Shown: positions 1 through 9,692 of the stretch, one piece after another
Position numbering within the stretch: the first letter of the stretch is position 1
How the letters are laid out: every line of letters starts with the position of its first letter
Origin: a virus
Lineage: Duplodnaviria > Heunggongvirae > Uroviricota > Caudoviricetes
Reading direction: 5' to 3' (one strand)
Length of the DNA stretch: 64,000 nt
Virus record (IMG/VR): IMGVR_UViG_3300049595_003752
Span: 12,163-76,162 of that record
Notes under the pieces: generated by a model
What the model saw: the letters and a program-made list of their open reading frames with translations, nothing else
Database searches by the model: none
Told to the model about the DNA's origin: nothing
Translations under genes and position numbers: made by a program

Positions 1-1
1 G

Positions 2-166
2 GTTATAACTACAGGTCTTTACGTAGTCGCAATGTTTACAGGTAAAGATACTCAGATAATTGGTTCTACTTGGTCTAATATGTTTGGTATACTATTAACA
101 AACGCTTTTAGTATTATTGGAACTATAATGGGCGTCAAATACGCTTCAGAGAAAAAAGATGGTTAA
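2..166 (+). CDS. 3-prime end of a membrane protein gene; the 5-prime end lies outside the window
   Basis: Open frame from the window edge to TAA at 164-166; the translation VITTGLYVVAMFTG...IIGTIMGVKYASEKKDG is hydrophobic. Confidence 0.4.
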   Translation, partial: VITTGLYVVAMFTGKDTQIIGSTWSNMFGILLTNAFSIIGTIMGVKYASEKKDG

Positions 167-171
167 AATAA

Positions 172-196
172 AAAACCCCATTTTATTGGGGTTTTT
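172..196. terminator. Bidirectional intrinsic terminator
   Basis: AAAACCCCA-ttttat-TGGGGTTTT hairpin flanked by A-run and T-run, between convergent genes. Confidence 0.6.
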
Positions 197-220
197 ATAA
201 TTTAATAAATTTATTAACTA

Positions 221-463
221 TTACTCTGTAGGTGTAGTGTTTTCAGATTTTTTACTTAAAAACTTTTCAACTACATTACCGCCTATACAAACTAAAACTA
301 TTGTTTTAACAGCGTCAACTAAATCAGTACTTGGTTTAATGTCTTCATGTGAGTAAGAATTTAATAACATAGTTATGGCTATAAATAAGAACCCTAAAAA
401 AGCTATTACTCTTTTCATAGAAGTATCTCCACCACCAAACATTTCTTTTAAGAATTTTTTCAT
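221..463 (-). CDS. Putative holin: small two-TM membrane protein immediately downstream of the endolysin
   Basis: 80 aa with two hydrophobic segments and a charged C-terminus; directly follows the M15 endolysin gene on the same strand. Confidence 0.45.
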   Translation of the reverse strand: MKKFLKEMFGGGDTSMKRVIAFLGFLFIAITMLLNSYSHEDIKPSTDLVDAVKTIVLVCIGGNVVEKFLSKKSENTTPTE

Positions 464-474
464 TTTTGTTTTTT

Positions 475-939
475 TTAAAATGGTTTATATGTTGTGTTAC
501 CGTTAACTCTAACGGCCTTTAAAACTTGTTTTCTTTGTCTACCTGTTGATTCATAAGAAACGTGAACCCAATCAGGATTAGAATCCGTGCCAAACTCCCA
601 AATTAATTGATCAAAATTTAAATTACCTTTGATATAATCAAAAACAGCTTTATTGGTAACCGTGTTTGAACGACCGTCCATATCGATATCGATAGCCTCA
701 CCACTACAATGCTGTGAAGTTAAAGAACCACCAATGGCAGTATTTAATTCTTTTGAACGATAACCTGATGATATGAAAATTGGTTGATTGAAATGTTTTC
801 TGATTGGTTCAAAAATGTTTTCAGCCAGCTTTTTAAAATTCTCTAAGTGTTCAGGTGTTGGCTCATTTGATATGCCTTTTCTTTTGGCCATATCACTTTT
901 TGTAACTTCTGATAAGTCTAAATGTTCTGATAATTTCAT
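475..939 (-). CDS. Endolysin, peptidase M15 family (L-alanyl-D-glutamate peptidase / VanY-like)
   Basis: SGYRS, H-x6-D (SQHCSGEAIDID) and DWVHV zinc-ligand motifs typical of M15 phage lysins. Confidence 0.8.
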   Translation of the reverse strand: MKLSEHLDLSEVTKSDMAKRKGISNEPTPEHLENFKKLAENIFEPIRKHFNQPIFISSGYRSKELNTAIGGSLTSQHCSGEAIDIDMDGRSNTVTNKAVFDYIKGNLNFDQLIWEFGTDSNPDWVHVSYESTGRQRKQVLKAVRVNGNTTYKPF

Positions 940-974
940 AATACTTTTTTAATTATAAATATTTACTTTTTTAA

Positions 975-1106
975 TTAACGACCTTGACCCCTATATTTTT
1001 TTGGTTTTTGTTGTTTAGGTCCGTATTTTTTTTTAACTTTTCCTTTGCTTTTTTTACCAAAAGAAACTTTCATTGAAGTTGTAGAACCACCTTTTGCTTT
1101 TGCCAT
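975..1106 (-). CDS. Small lysine-rich basic protein (43 aa), possible nucleic-acid binding
   Basis: ATG..TAA ORF below the ORF-track cutoff: MAKAKGGSTTSMKVSFGKKSKGKVKKKYGPKQQKPKKYRGQGR. Confidence 0.3.
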   Translation of the reverse strand: MAKAKGGSTTSMKVSFGKKSKGKVKKKYGPKQQKPKKYRGQGR

Positions 1107-1158
1107 TTTGTTTTTAAATTTTTATTTTATTATTATTAATTACAAATAAATATTAGTT

Positions 1159-1314
1159 ATGAGTAAAAAATTAGTAGTAAGTGAGTGTTGTAATGCTCAA
1201 GTCCAACATTATCCAACAATGGGATTAGGCCCCATGGAAAGTTACATTTTCTTTTGTTCAAAATGTAACAAAGAGTGTAAAACAAAAGTTATCGAACAAG
1301 ATGTAAAGAAGTGA
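1159..1314 (+). CDS. Small Cys-rich zinc-ribbon-like protein (51 aa)
   Basis: ECCNAQ...FFCSKCNKEC gives two Cys pairs; ATG..TGA in an intergenic gap. Confidence 0.35.
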   Translation: MSKKLVVSECCNAQVQHYPTMGLGPMESYIFFCSKCNKECKTKVIEQDVKK

Positions 1315-1329
1315 TATTTATATTATATC

Positions 1330-2418
1330 ATGAAAAATAAAATAACAGAAGCGGCTGGTGTATCATTTGAGGTTAGAGAATGGGCCAACATTGTATATCA
1401 CTTACTTGACGGTATACCTGATTCAGAAAATCGTTTATTGGTTGATGGTCAAGAATGGCCTGAACAATTTGAAAAATTTCCTGTTGATTGGTTTGTAATA
1501 GACTTTAACGATTGGACCAATGGCTATCTTGATGGTACTTCTGGTTATGATGCTGATGGTAATTACGTTGTTCATATAATGGTTTTGAATCAATTCAGAC
1601 ACCATCCGTATATGAAAACAATTCTTAATCATGAAATAAAACATGCTTACCAAGATTGGCAACGTAGAAGTAAGGGTTATGAAGGTATATTTGCAGCTAA
1701 AGAAGTTAAAGAAGTTTATACAGAGGATTTTATCAAAGTTGTTAAAGACAGAATTAAAGTTGGAGAATTTTTCAAAGATATGTTAAAAAAATATTATCTT
1801 TTAACAGACTTAGAGATGAATGCTTTTATGGAGAATGTTTATGACAATGACCAAATAAACAACTATAAAAGGATGGTTAAAAATGTTACACAATTTGATG
1901 CTCTCAAAGCTACTTATTATGAAGACCCCGATAGATTAGAAAAAGATTGGCAAACACTTTTGTCCGTAAACATACCTTTTTTAAAGAAATATAAAACTTA
2001 TGATGAATTTCTTAAAGCATCTACAAAATACTTTAAAGAAAGAGGTGAAGAGATACTTAAAAAAATTAACAAGTTAGAGTATGTTCACAGAGATAGAAAT
2101 CTAGGTGAAAGTGTAGTCAAAGAACAACAAGTAATTTGTAAAATGATTTCACCAAAAGGACACGAAAGAGGTAATTACATGTCCAATCAAGAAGCTTTGG
2201 AATTAATAAATAAAATTCAAGTATCGGGTAGGAAAAAAATTCAAGACCCTAAAATTTTAGCACAGTTTGTAAAAACTTTGTCGGATTTTAGAAACAATAT
2301 TAAAAATGTTGATACTAACAACGATACTATTGACACTTATATACACAAATTAAGGACTTTACTGAATTGTTATGGTATGGAAACCATGGATAATTCTCCT
2401 AAAGATTTTGTTTTTTAA
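1330..2418 (+). CDS. Hypothetical protein with HExxH (HEIKH) motif, putative zinc metallopeptidase
   Basis: 362 aa ORF; NHEIKHAYQDW motif. Confidence 0.55.
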   Translation: MKNKITEAAGVSFEVREWANIVYHLLDGIPDSENRLLVDGQEWPEQFEKFPVDWFVIDFNDWTNGYLDGTSGYDADGNYVVHIMVLNQFRHHPYMKTILNHEIKHAYQDWQRRSKGYEGIFAAKEVKEVYTEDFIKVVKDRIKVGEFFKDMLKKYYLLTDLEMNAFMENVYDNDQINNYKRMVKNVTQFDALKATYYEDPDRLEKDWQTLLSVNIPFLKKYKTYDEFLKASTKYFKERGEEILKKINKLEYVHRDRNLGESVVKEQQVICKMISPKGHERGNYMSNQEALELINKIQVSGRKKIQDPKILAQFVKTLSDFRNNIKNVDTNNDTIDTYIHKLRTLLNCYGMETMDNSPKDFVF

Positions 2419-2429
2419 AAAATCTTTTA

Positions 2430-2437
2430 TATCTTTG
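2430..2437 (+). promoter_or_regulatory. Bacteroidetes-type -7 box TATCTTTG, 5 nt upstream of the ATG at 2443
   Basis: Matches the TAnnTTTG consensus; the same motif recurs before many starts in this window. Confidence 0.4.
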
Positions 2438-2442
2438 TAATT

Positions 2443-2967
2443 ATGAAAGAAATTTTAGACGAAATAAAATGGTTTTGGAAATTCAAGGTTAAATATCCTT
2501 GGTATGGTTTCCGTAGAGGTATTCAAAATCTTTACACTCATTTTTCAGTTGTATGGAAAAGTGGTGATTTTGATTACGGTTACATTTTACAAATGATGAA
2601 GTTTAAACTTGAAAGGTTGGAAAAATCACTTCAAAATGGTTATGAAGTTGAGAAAGACCGTCTACCTAAGATCGAAGACATCAAAAGGTGTATAGAGTTA
2701 ATTAACAACTACTTGGAAGATAACTACGCAGAACGTTGTGGATATGTCCATAGTGATGGGAAAGTTGAATTTGTACCAACAGAAAAAAATGAAAATGGTG
2801 AACAACTTTATGAGATGGTCAGAGTTAAAGTTACACAGACAGATAAAGAATTACGTGAGATATTCAAAAAAGCCCAAGAATTAGAACAAAAAGAGTGGGA
2901 AGAACTTTGGGAAACTTTTAAGAAGGGTAATAAATCACCTATCGACGCTAGGGGATGGTGGGATTAA
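2443..2967 (+). CDS. Hypothetical protein
   Basis: 174 aa ORF preceded by a -7 box. Confidence 0.55.
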   Translation: MKEILDEIKWFWKFKVKYPWYGFRRGIQNLYTHFSVVWKSGDFDYGYILQMMKFKLERLEKSLQNGYEVEKDRLPKIEDIKRCIELINNYLEDNYAERCGYVHSDGKVEFVPTEKNENGEQLYEMVRVKVTQTDKELREIFKKAQELEQKEWEELWETFKKGNKSPIDARGWWD

Positions 2968-2980
2968 AAAAATTTTATTA

Positions 2981-3187
2981 TTGTTGTTTATGATTAACGA
3001 ATATGAGAGACAAGAATTTTGGAAAACTAAAATTAAAGTCACTAAATGTAACAGTGAAAATGCTTGGTATTATGACAAAATAGGCCAAGTATTTGAGGTT
3101 GATTCAACTACAGTTAGAGATTACTATATAAAAGAAAATGATAGTGTCAAACCCGTCTTAATAAAAGACGCTGAAATTTTAAATTAA
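2981..3187 (+). CDS. Small hypothetical protein, paralog of 36381..36593
   Basis: Shared motif W(Y)YxDKIGQVFE. Confidence 0.5.
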   Translation: MLFMINEYERQEFWKTKIKVTKCNSENAWYYDKIGQVFEVDSTTVRDYYIKENDSVKPVLIKDAEILN

Positions 3188-3213
3188 ACCCAAGAACATT
3201 CTTGGGTTTTTTC
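3188..3213 (+). terminator. Intrinsic terminator
   Basis: ACCCAAGAA..TTCTTGGGT hairpin followed by TTTTTT. Confidence 0.6.
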
Positions 3214-3225
3214 ATATTTATAGGT

Positions 3226-4389
3226 ATGAAACAATTATTAAATGAAATCTCAGGTATCGCTCAAGCTACAATACCTTACACAAAGGCTGTATTCGATAGA
3301 GTAAAAAAAGAGATGGACTATTTTTTTAATAATGTTTACGATGAGGATTATTTAGAAAGTGTTGAGGCTTTTCGTAGAAAAGGTTATCTACCGTCACCCG
3401 ACCATATTAAAGATTTAAAATTACCTTATAGATATTTAGCACCTTTTATAACAGACGAAGATTTTAAAGACCTACCTTTGGTTCAAATAAATATAGATTT
3501 AACTTTTAGGTATGTAAGTGTTGACTCACCCCAAAACAATAAATTTACTGTTGAAGGTGGTGCATGGCCTATTTTTGTTAGTCGTTTAGGTAAAGATAGT
3601 GTGTTTGGTTATAGGGTAAAACCTGAGTTATTTCCTGTATCAAAAAAAAGAAGTCAATCTGTAAATAGAGCTATTGTCGCTTCAATAGATTTTGATATTG
3701 TTGTCTATGATGATTTCGATATTTCAAAAGATTTAAAACGTCTCGAAAGAGAATTATACTCAGTAGTTTTCCATGAGATGATGCACATCTATGAGGCTCA
3801 TAAAAATAAATCTTTAGATGTCCACTCTTTAAAAATAGGGTCCGTCAAACCAAAATCAAAAATGGAGACAGCAAAAGCTCACTTGGGTGACACCAAAATG
3901 ATTGGTGTACCTAGAGAAATACAAGACGCCGTTAGGTCCTTGTTACAACTTTACTACGTTTCGTTACCAACAGAAGTTCAGGCCCTAACTCAAGAAATGT
4001 ATCCATATGTAATTGATACGGAATTAAAAGACTTTTTTACAAACACTTACCAAGGTCAAATTGTTAAAAATTTACAGGAATTTGACAAAGATTATTTTTA
4101 CCAAATTTTAAACGAAGAGGCTGAAATATATTTTCTAAAAAAGAGTGAAGAACCTACACAAGAACGTATAGATAATTTTTTTGAAGCAGTGAGAAAAGGT
4201 TTAATATCTAAATATATAAGGTCAGCTGAATCAAATCACCAAACCGTTGATAGAAAATTCATCAACAAAAAAACTTTAAAAGATTTAATTGATTATATGA
4301 GTGTTCAAATAAAAAGAGCGGGTGATAGGTTACATAAAAACGTTGGTAGACTTTATGCATTAAAAATGGATAAAAGTTTGACTGTTTAA
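3226..4389 (+). CDS. Hypothetical protein with HExxH (HEMMH) motif, putative zinc metallopeptidase; start placed after the terminator
   Basis: VVFHEMMHIYEAH motif; the ORF track starts at 3202, inside the terminator, so the ATG at 3226 is preferred. Confidence 0.55.
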   Translation: MKQLLNEISGIAQATIPYTKAVFDRVKKEMDYFFNNVYDEDYLESVEAFRRKGYLPSPDHIKDLKLPYRYLAPFITDEDFKDLPLVQINIDLTFRYVSVDSPQNNKFTVEGGAWPIFVSRLGKDSVFGYRVKPELFPVSKKRSQSVNRAIVASIDFDIVVYDDFDISKDLKRLERELYSVVFHEMMHIYEAHKNKSLDVHSLKIGSVKPKSKMETAKAHLGDTKMIGVPREIQDAVRSLLQLYYVSLPTEVQALTQEMYPYVIDTELKDFFTNTYQGQIVKNLQEFDKDYFYQILNEEAEIYFLKKSEEPTQERIDNFFEAVRKGLISKYIRSAESNHQTVDRKFINKKTLKDLIDYMSVQIKRAGDRLHKNVGRLYALKMDKSLTV

Positions 4390-4400
4390 AAAACTTTTTA

Positions 4401-4408
4401 TATATTTG
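4401..4408 (+). promoter_or_regulatory. -7 box TATATTTG
   Basis: TAnnTTTG about 25 nt upstream of the ATG at 4434. Confidence 0.35.
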
Positions 4409-4433
4409 TACTATAAATTTAAAATTAAAAGTT

Positions 4434-4727
4434 ATGGTATACCCAGAAATCGAAATTAAAGAAAAACGTAAATCTTTTACAATGAAAGTAAAAATTTCAA
4501 AAAAAGAAGTTGAAGGTGAGGTTTTTACTTCAGAAGAAGTAACCGAACTTAAAAGAACTATCTTAGAAGAAATTAATTATGAATTGGACAATCTTGTTCA
4601 CATGATGGTTGAGGACGAAGAGTTAAGTGTTGAACAAATTGAGGCTATGGAAAATGCCTTAAATAAAGTTTCAGTTTCAATCGAAAATGAATCTGAAGAG
4701 GTTAGTGAGACTGAAGAAAAAGCTTAA
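4434..4727 (+). CDS. Small acidic protein
   Basis: 97 aa, Glu-rich C-terminus. Confidence 0.5.
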   Translation: MVYPEIEIKEKRKSFTMKVKISKKEVEGEVFTSEEVTELKRTILEEINYELDNLVHMMVEDEELSVEQIEAMENALNKVSVSIENESEEVSETEEKA

Positions 4728-4745
4728 AATCTTTAAAAGAATTAA

Positions 4746-4776
4746 AAAGGGACAAAATTTTTGTCCCTTTTTTTAT
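4746..4776 (+). terminator. Intrinsic terminator
   Basis: AAAGGGACAAAA / TTTTGTCCCTTT hairpin followed by a T-run. Confidence 0.65.
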
Positions 4777-4805
4777 ATTTATATATTGATAAACTATATT
4801 AAAAA

Positions 4806-6359
4806 ATGGAATTATATAAAATATTTGAAAGTACTGTATTAACAGAAGGTCGTAAAGAAGATGTTATGGCTAAATACCCTGATGTATCTAAAGAGGTTAT
4901 TGAACATTTTTCACAAAATGACACGTCAGGTAATAACAAATATCTTGATTGGATGGTTAGTTCTTATGTCAAGGATGGTTCTGTAACAAGAGCGGTTGAG
5001 GCTGTTCAAGGTTATCATCGTAAATTGGCTATGATAAACCCTAACAACATGAGTGATTTTTCGGATAACTATGGTGATGATGTAAATAACATTGAAAAAA
5101 TTATTAAAAATCCGAAAGATATTAATAGTTTTGATTTATCTAGTTTAGAGGTTTTTGTTAGTTTTTTAAATAGTTTAACTTCTAAAAAACAAGAGGCTGT
5201 GCAGATGAAAAAAGAATCTGACAGAATTTATGAAGATAAAGAACTGATTGTTGTTTCACCAAAAACCCATAAAGCTTCTTGTAGTTACGGTATTCACAGT
5301 GCTTGGTGTGTCGCAACAGCAAACACAGGTCACTTCACTAATTATACCAAAAACGGTACATTATACTTTTTTATCAGTAAAATAGATAAAGCTTATAATG
5401 ACTATTGGAAAGATAAAGACAGCGGCCAACCACCGTATAAAACAGCTTTATTGTTAAAAGACAACGGTGAGGCAAGTTGGTGGTCAAAGGGTGACTCTAA
5501 CTATACAAATGGTTTAGACGTTAACAACCCTAAGTTACCTATGTTAACAAATGAAATTGTTAGTAGGGTTTTAGCTCATAACAAAAACGCTATTGAAACT
5601 CGTAAACAAAGAGAAATTGAAAGGGTAATGGTAGCATCAGGTTTTTATAAAAGATCGGGTGGTGATAATAATTTAAAAAACGATTTTGCTGGATTTGTTA
5701 GGTCTGAAATTTACACACCTGAACAATTAGTTTCAATTATTAGAAACGACAATTGGTTGGCTTTATATGAAAACTCTGAGACAGGAGCTGCATTACGTAA
5801 AACTTTAGGACCTAAAGTTGTTTTCTCACTTATTAGAGAATTAGTTACTGGACAGATTTCAACGTCTCAAGTCGAAGTATTAAAAGATATGCACACTCAA
5901 GAATTTTTATCAACTTATGGTAAAGAAATTAGTGATGATGAAAATAGAGAAATTGCCCAAATTATTGTTAAAAAATTAGGTAGAAAACCTACAGCAGCTG
6001 AAGTTGGTGGTGACGTTAAAATGTATGTTGATAAATGGACTATGTCCCCTGAAGATTGGCAAAAATACGAAAACAGTTCAAATTACTTTTTTATTGGTAA
6101 AATAGAACCTGTTGAGATTGGTGACGGTCAATACAAAAAAATGATGAATCTTGATTCTATCACTAAGGTAGATAGATTTAATCCAAAAGATCATCACAAT
6201 TTACAAATGATGATGTTAAGTGCAAGATTCAAAAACTCAAACTTATACGCTATTGTAACAGAAAAAAATTTATTAGATGATTATGTTGGTGTACCTTCTC
6301 AGGACATCCCTGAACCTGTCATGAAAACAATAATGGAAAAGGCTAAAAAGATAGGTTAA
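4806..6359 (+). CDS. Paralog family A protein (SGNNKYLDW plus ASCxYGxxxWC motifs)
   Basis: 517 aa; DTSGNNKYLDWM and YEDKELIVVSPKTHKASCSYGIHSAWCVATAN; related to 41058..42446 and 50356..52032. Confidence 0.7.
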   Translation: MELYKIFESTVLTEGRKEDVMAKYPDVSKEVIEHFSQNDTSGNNKYLDWMVSSYVKDGSVTRAVEAVQGYHRKLAMINPNNMSDFSDNYGDDVNNIEKIIKNPKDINSFDLSSLEVFVSFLNSLTSKKQEAVQMKKESDRIYEDKELIVVSPKTHKASCSYGIHSAWCVATANTGHFTNYTKNGTLYFFISKIDKAYNDYWKDKDSGQPPYKTALLLKDNGEASWWSKGDSNYTNGLDVNNPKLPMLTNEIVSRVLAHNKNAIETRKQREIERVMVASGFYKRSGGDNNLKNDFAGFVRSEIYTPEQLVSIIRNDNWLALYENSETGAALRKTLGPKVVFSLIRELVTGQISTSQVEVLKDMHTQEFLSTYGKEISDDENREIAQIIVKKLGRKPTAAEVGGDVKMYVDKWTMSPEDWQKYENSSNYFFIGKIEPVEIGDGQYKKMMNLDSITKVDRFNPKDHHNLQMMMLSARFKNSNLYAIVTEKNLLDDYVGVPSQDIPEPVMKTIMEKAKKIG

Positions 6360-6363
6360 TTAA

Positions 6364-7431
6364 TTGAAAAATCTTATTAGGAAAATATTAAAAGAATCAG
6401 AAGATGAATTTGATTGGGTCCAAGATTTGGTCCCAGCTGATTTTAACTATCCACCTGGAGCTATCTATTATAAATTTGGTGATAGTGAAGAAGTTAGAGG
6501 TTATATATTAAAAAAAGTTGTTGGTGGTTTTGTTGATTTAAAATTGGTTGGTGATAGAGTTATCTTGGAAACCGATGGTTGGTGTGATTTTGCCGATTTG
6601 TTCTATGACGATCATAGAGGTACTGATGGTTATGTTAATAGATATGTTGCAAAAAAAATGTTGTGTGATGAAGATGGTGATTGGTGGAACCCTTATGACG
6701 ATATTATAAGTAACAGACGTGAATGGAAATCAACATTGTGGGATGATAACGTTATTGGTAACGATGATGTGATAACAGAAATTTTAAATCATATTAAAAA
6801 GAATTATGTTTCAAAGCCTAACTACAACCCTAATCAGTTAGATATTTTTGATGAGTTACCCAAAAAACAAAACGTTGTTAACATTAAAGGTAGAATCTTA
6901 GATGATGATTATTTTTATGAATTAAAAAACGATTTAGATTTATTAGGTGATTTAATTAACCAAGAAGAAGAGTTTTCAAATTTAAGGTCTGAGTTGAGAT
7001 GGGCTTACGATGATGCGTATAACACTGCGGCAAGAGACCAAGTATGGAGTGCAGTTAAGGATAAGATTGAAAACGAATTTGGTGCCGGTAAATGGTTACA
7101 AAAAGACATTCAAAAACCAAGTGGTGTTTCAACTAAACATTATATGGAATTTGATATCACAGGTTTATTTTGGCCTAGTATATTCAACTTTTTTGATTAT
7201 TGTCTTAATAATCGCGTGGGTAAAGAATCTGTACAAGATTATACCTTAGAAGAATTAGAGGAAACTTTTGAAGAATGTATGTCACCCGCTAACGAATATA
7301 GTCATTTCTTAGAATTCTACAGTGTTCTGTTAGATGAAAATGGTGATGAATTTAACCCTAGATATCAGAACTATCCTGATGATGAGGATATTCAAAAATA
7401 TTTTACTGAATCTGTATCGAACAGAATCTAG
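6364..7431 (+). CDS. Acidic protein with N-terminal (M)KNLIRKILKE-SEDEFDWV signal-like motif; TTG start
   Basis: 355 aa ORF; first codon is TTG; N-terminus is shared with 10837, 21768 and 22186. Confidence 0.55.
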   Translation: MKNLIRKILKESEDEFDWVQDLVPADFNYPPGAIYYKFGDSEEVRGYILKKVVGGFVDLKLVGDRVILETDGWCDFADLFYDDHRGTDGYVNRYVAKKMLCDEDGDWWNPYDDIISNRREWKSTLWDDNVIGNDDVITEILNHIKKNYVSKPNYNPNQLDIFDELPKKQNVVNIKGRILDDDYFYELKNDLDLLGDLINQEEEFSNLRSELRWAYDDAYNTAARDQVWSAVKDKIENEFGAGKWLQKDIQKPSGVSTKHYMEFDITGLFWPSIFNFFDYCLNNRVGKESVQDYTLEELEETFEECMSPANEYSHFLEFYSVLLDENGDEFNPRYQNYPDDEDIQKYFTESVSNRI

Positions 7432-7886
7432 TTCAAATTTTCAAAAACTTGAAATAGTTTATTTCGTTGGTATAGATTAATTTCCATATTTTTAAATGCC
7501 TTCTCTATAACTTCAAAAGCTGAATCAATACCGGCAATCTCAAAGAACAACATTGCTTTCTCACCAACTTTATTAAAACCAATTTCGTTACCAACAAAAG
7601 AAGTACTGGCACCAGTACCTTTGTTTTTACCATTTGGGTTGTAGGTAGAAATTGATTTAGAACCACCTTTGGTCATACCTCTCATTACACCATACCCTGA
7701 ACGTTTTGCTGCTTTATTGATTGCTTCTGCACTTTTGGCATCCATTATCTCAACAGTGTTACCAGTCTTGTGGTAAACAACATCAACTACACCATATTTT
7801 TCTGTATCAGAACAGTTAACACATTTTTTAAAACCTAACTCAATACGTTTTTGTGGGATATCTTTATCACAATTTTTACATTTCAT
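7428..7886 (-). CDS. DksA/TraR-type C4 zinc-finger protein
   Basis: CKNCDKDIPQKRIELGFKKCVNCS: C-x2-C...R...C-x2-C arrangement. Confidence 0.45.
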   Translation of the reverse strand: MKCKNCDKDIPQKRIELGFKKCVNCSDTEKYGVVDVVYHKTGNTVEIMDAKSAEAINKAAKRSGYGVMRGMTKGGSKSISTYNPNGKNKGTGASTSFVGNEIGFNKVGEKAMLFFEIAGIDSAFEVIEKAFKNMEINLYQRNKLFQVFENLN

Positions 7887-7943
7887 AAAACAAAGATAAA
7901 AAAAATAGTTGAGAATTTGTGATAAAATTAATATATTTTAATT

Positions 7944-8132
7944 ATGGAAATATTAAATAAAAACACATTCAGTGATGAAAATGTTACCATAGAAAAGAAA
8001 AAAGGTGACACGCTGATTTATATTGGGAAAGCCTGTTATTCTCTGAATGATTTGGAAAAAGTTGTAAGCTTTGCTAAAACAAAAGATTTAAATGAGTCGT
8101 TAAACTATCGAGTTAAAAATTTTATAAAATAA
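7944..8132 (+). CDS. Small hypothetical protein
   Basis: 62 aa ORF. Confidence 0.3.
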   Translation: MEILNKNTFSDENVTIEKKKGDTLIYIGKACYSLNDLEKVVSFAKTKDLNESLNYRVKNFIK

Positions 8133-8390
8133 CTACCAAATTTGGTCTAAGAAAGACATGTTTGGGTCGTCAGATTTTAAAACATAAAAATTATCGTTTA
8201 AACCATTTATTAACTCTCTTAAAGTCATACTAGCATATTCAACACCTTCTTCAGGGTCTTCCCACTCAAGATCTAAACCACTGTCATCCATATCGATTAT
8301 GGTATATATAATACCCCTTTCATTATATTCTTGGGGATTATAAAACTCCTGCCCAACTAAGTTACTATCTGCTATAAATTGATAATCCAT
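8133..8390 (-). CDS. Small acidic hypothetical protein
   Basis: 85 aa ORF. Confidence 0.4.
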   Translation of the reverse strand: MDYQFIADSNLVGQEFYNPQEYNERGIIYTIIDMDDSGLDLEWEDPEEGVEYASMTLRELINGLNDNFYVLKSDDPNMSFLDQIW

Positions 8391-8417
8391 AACAATAAAT
8401 ATGCATATTTATAAGAT

Positions 8418-9443
8418 ATGTTATTATATTTTGAACCTGCTATAAACGATATTAAATGGTCTCGAGTAATTGAGGCTCTTAAAGTTTTACATCCTAAATT
8501 AACATGGGCTAGTAGAGTTAATCTAGATTCATTTAATCCTTTTGAAGCATTTGATCCACTTTCTCAAAGTGTAATTTCGTTACCACCAATTAATGGTCTT
8601 ACTATAGATTTTTATAATAAATTATCTTATGGTAGATTTGAAAATCCTGAGTCAATGTTAAAACTTAGAGGTTATGGTACTAAGGTTGTTGATGGTTGGG
8701 AATATCTAGGTATGAAACAAGATACTGAATCTATTTTTGATAAATTAAATGAATCTGACGAGTTTGGTTGGGCAGAAGAAATTATTAAAGATGTTCCTGA
8801 TGTAGTTGATTATCGTACTGTAAAACAAGGTGACAAAGTTGTCCCAGGAAAGGATTGGTTGTTTGGTAATCAAGCACAAGGTTCTATTTACGGTGTTGTT
8901 GATTTAGAAGAATATGACGGTGAACCACGTTTTATTGAAGATAGTACAGATGAAGAATTTTGGCAATATTGGGTTCACGTTGATTGGGTTAACAAAAACG
9001 GTAATGTACTTTTTAGAAACAATTATCGTGTTGGTCCCCTTTATCACGATTTAAAATATTATGTACCAAAACCTGTTAAGAAAAAAAAGATTAAAGAATC
9101 GGAAGATGATGAGTTTGAATGGGTTAAAGAAACTGTAAGTCAAGAATATCACAGATATGAAGATATTTTACCTTATTTGGATTTTGACGATATTATTTCT
9201 ATTACAGGTGATTTTACTGACGATTACGGAAATGTATTATTGTCGGTTGAAGATGTATCTTTTAAAGTTTACAAAAAAAACAATATAGTATATTTAAAAT
9301 GGGTTCAACCTAAAGATGAAAGACCTATTGATTGGTCTTTCATATCCAATAGTAGTGAAGAAGTACACATGGGTTCATCTACCTTTGAATGGGACAAAGA
9401 TTTAATGGTTAAAATTCTACACAAAGAAGAACACCCTTTTTAA
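8418..9443 (+). CDS. Modular protein with internal FDKLNES and KIKESEDDEFEWV junction motifs
   Basis: 341 aa; junction motifs match those at the N-termini of neighbouring genes. Confidence 0.6.
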   Translation: MLLYFEPAINDIKWSRVIEALKVLHPKLTWASRVNLDSFNPFEAFDPLSQSVISLPPINGLTIDFYNKLSYGRFENPESMLKLRGYGTKVVDGWEYLGMKQDTESIFDKLNESDEFGWAEEIIKDVPDVVDYRTVKQGDKVVPGKDWLFGNQAQGSIYGVVDLEEYDGEPRFIEDSTDEEFWQYWVHVDWVNKNGNVLFRNNYRVGPLYHDLKYYVPKPVKKKKIKESEDDEFEWVKETVSQEYHRYEDILPYLDFDDIISITGDFTDDYGNVLLSVEDVSFKVYKKNNIVYLKWVQPKDERPIDWSFISNSSEEVHMGSSTFEWDKDLMVKILHKEEHPF

Positions 9444-9559
9444 TTCCAAATTAATTTACTATCATTATTAAATGAAGAAGTTTTTAAAATTTCTTAATCC
9501 TTTGTATTGGATTAAGTTGTATATTTACACCAGAATTAATAATAGAAAGAATTTTTAAC

Positions 9560-9658
9560 ATGAAAAGAAAAGACCAAGAAGAGTTTTCTTCAAAATTAGC
9601 CTATTACGGTTTTATTGGATTGTTAGTGGTATTATTAATCATTGTTATTACAAAATAG
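9560..9658 (+). CDS. Tiny single-TM peptide (32 aa) upstream of the GH19 lysin; possible holin- or pinholin-like
   Basis: MKRKDQEEFSSKLAYYGFIGLLVVLLIIVITK. Confidence 0.3.
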   Translation: MKRKDQEEFSSKLAYYGFIGLLVVLLIIVITK

Positions 9659-9692
9659 GTTTAAGTTGTAGATATTTATAGTAAAAAACACT

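Noticed and set aside
1435-1662. Antisense or internal ORFs
   Set aside because: These are nested antisense or alternate-frame ORFs inside longer, motif-supported genes. They have low-complexity or hydrophobic artefact translations and no -7 boxes. The same applies to 7010..7249, 11245..11493, 12204..12404, 13742..14005, 13756..13953, 14722..14913, 16179..16412, 17489..17686, 20359..20613, 20694..20936, 21903..22109, 23862..24116, 24406..24705, 24778..24999, 25637..26062, 26438..26623, 30005..30211, 30079..30402, 34757..35041, 36176..36361, 45322..45531, 51167..51376, 52122..52322, 52235..52423, 52564..52854, 52876..53175, 53345..53572, 54374..54580, 54511..54834, 55134..55331, 56705..56899, 58118..58318, 58534..58722, 58865..59089 and 61223..61438.
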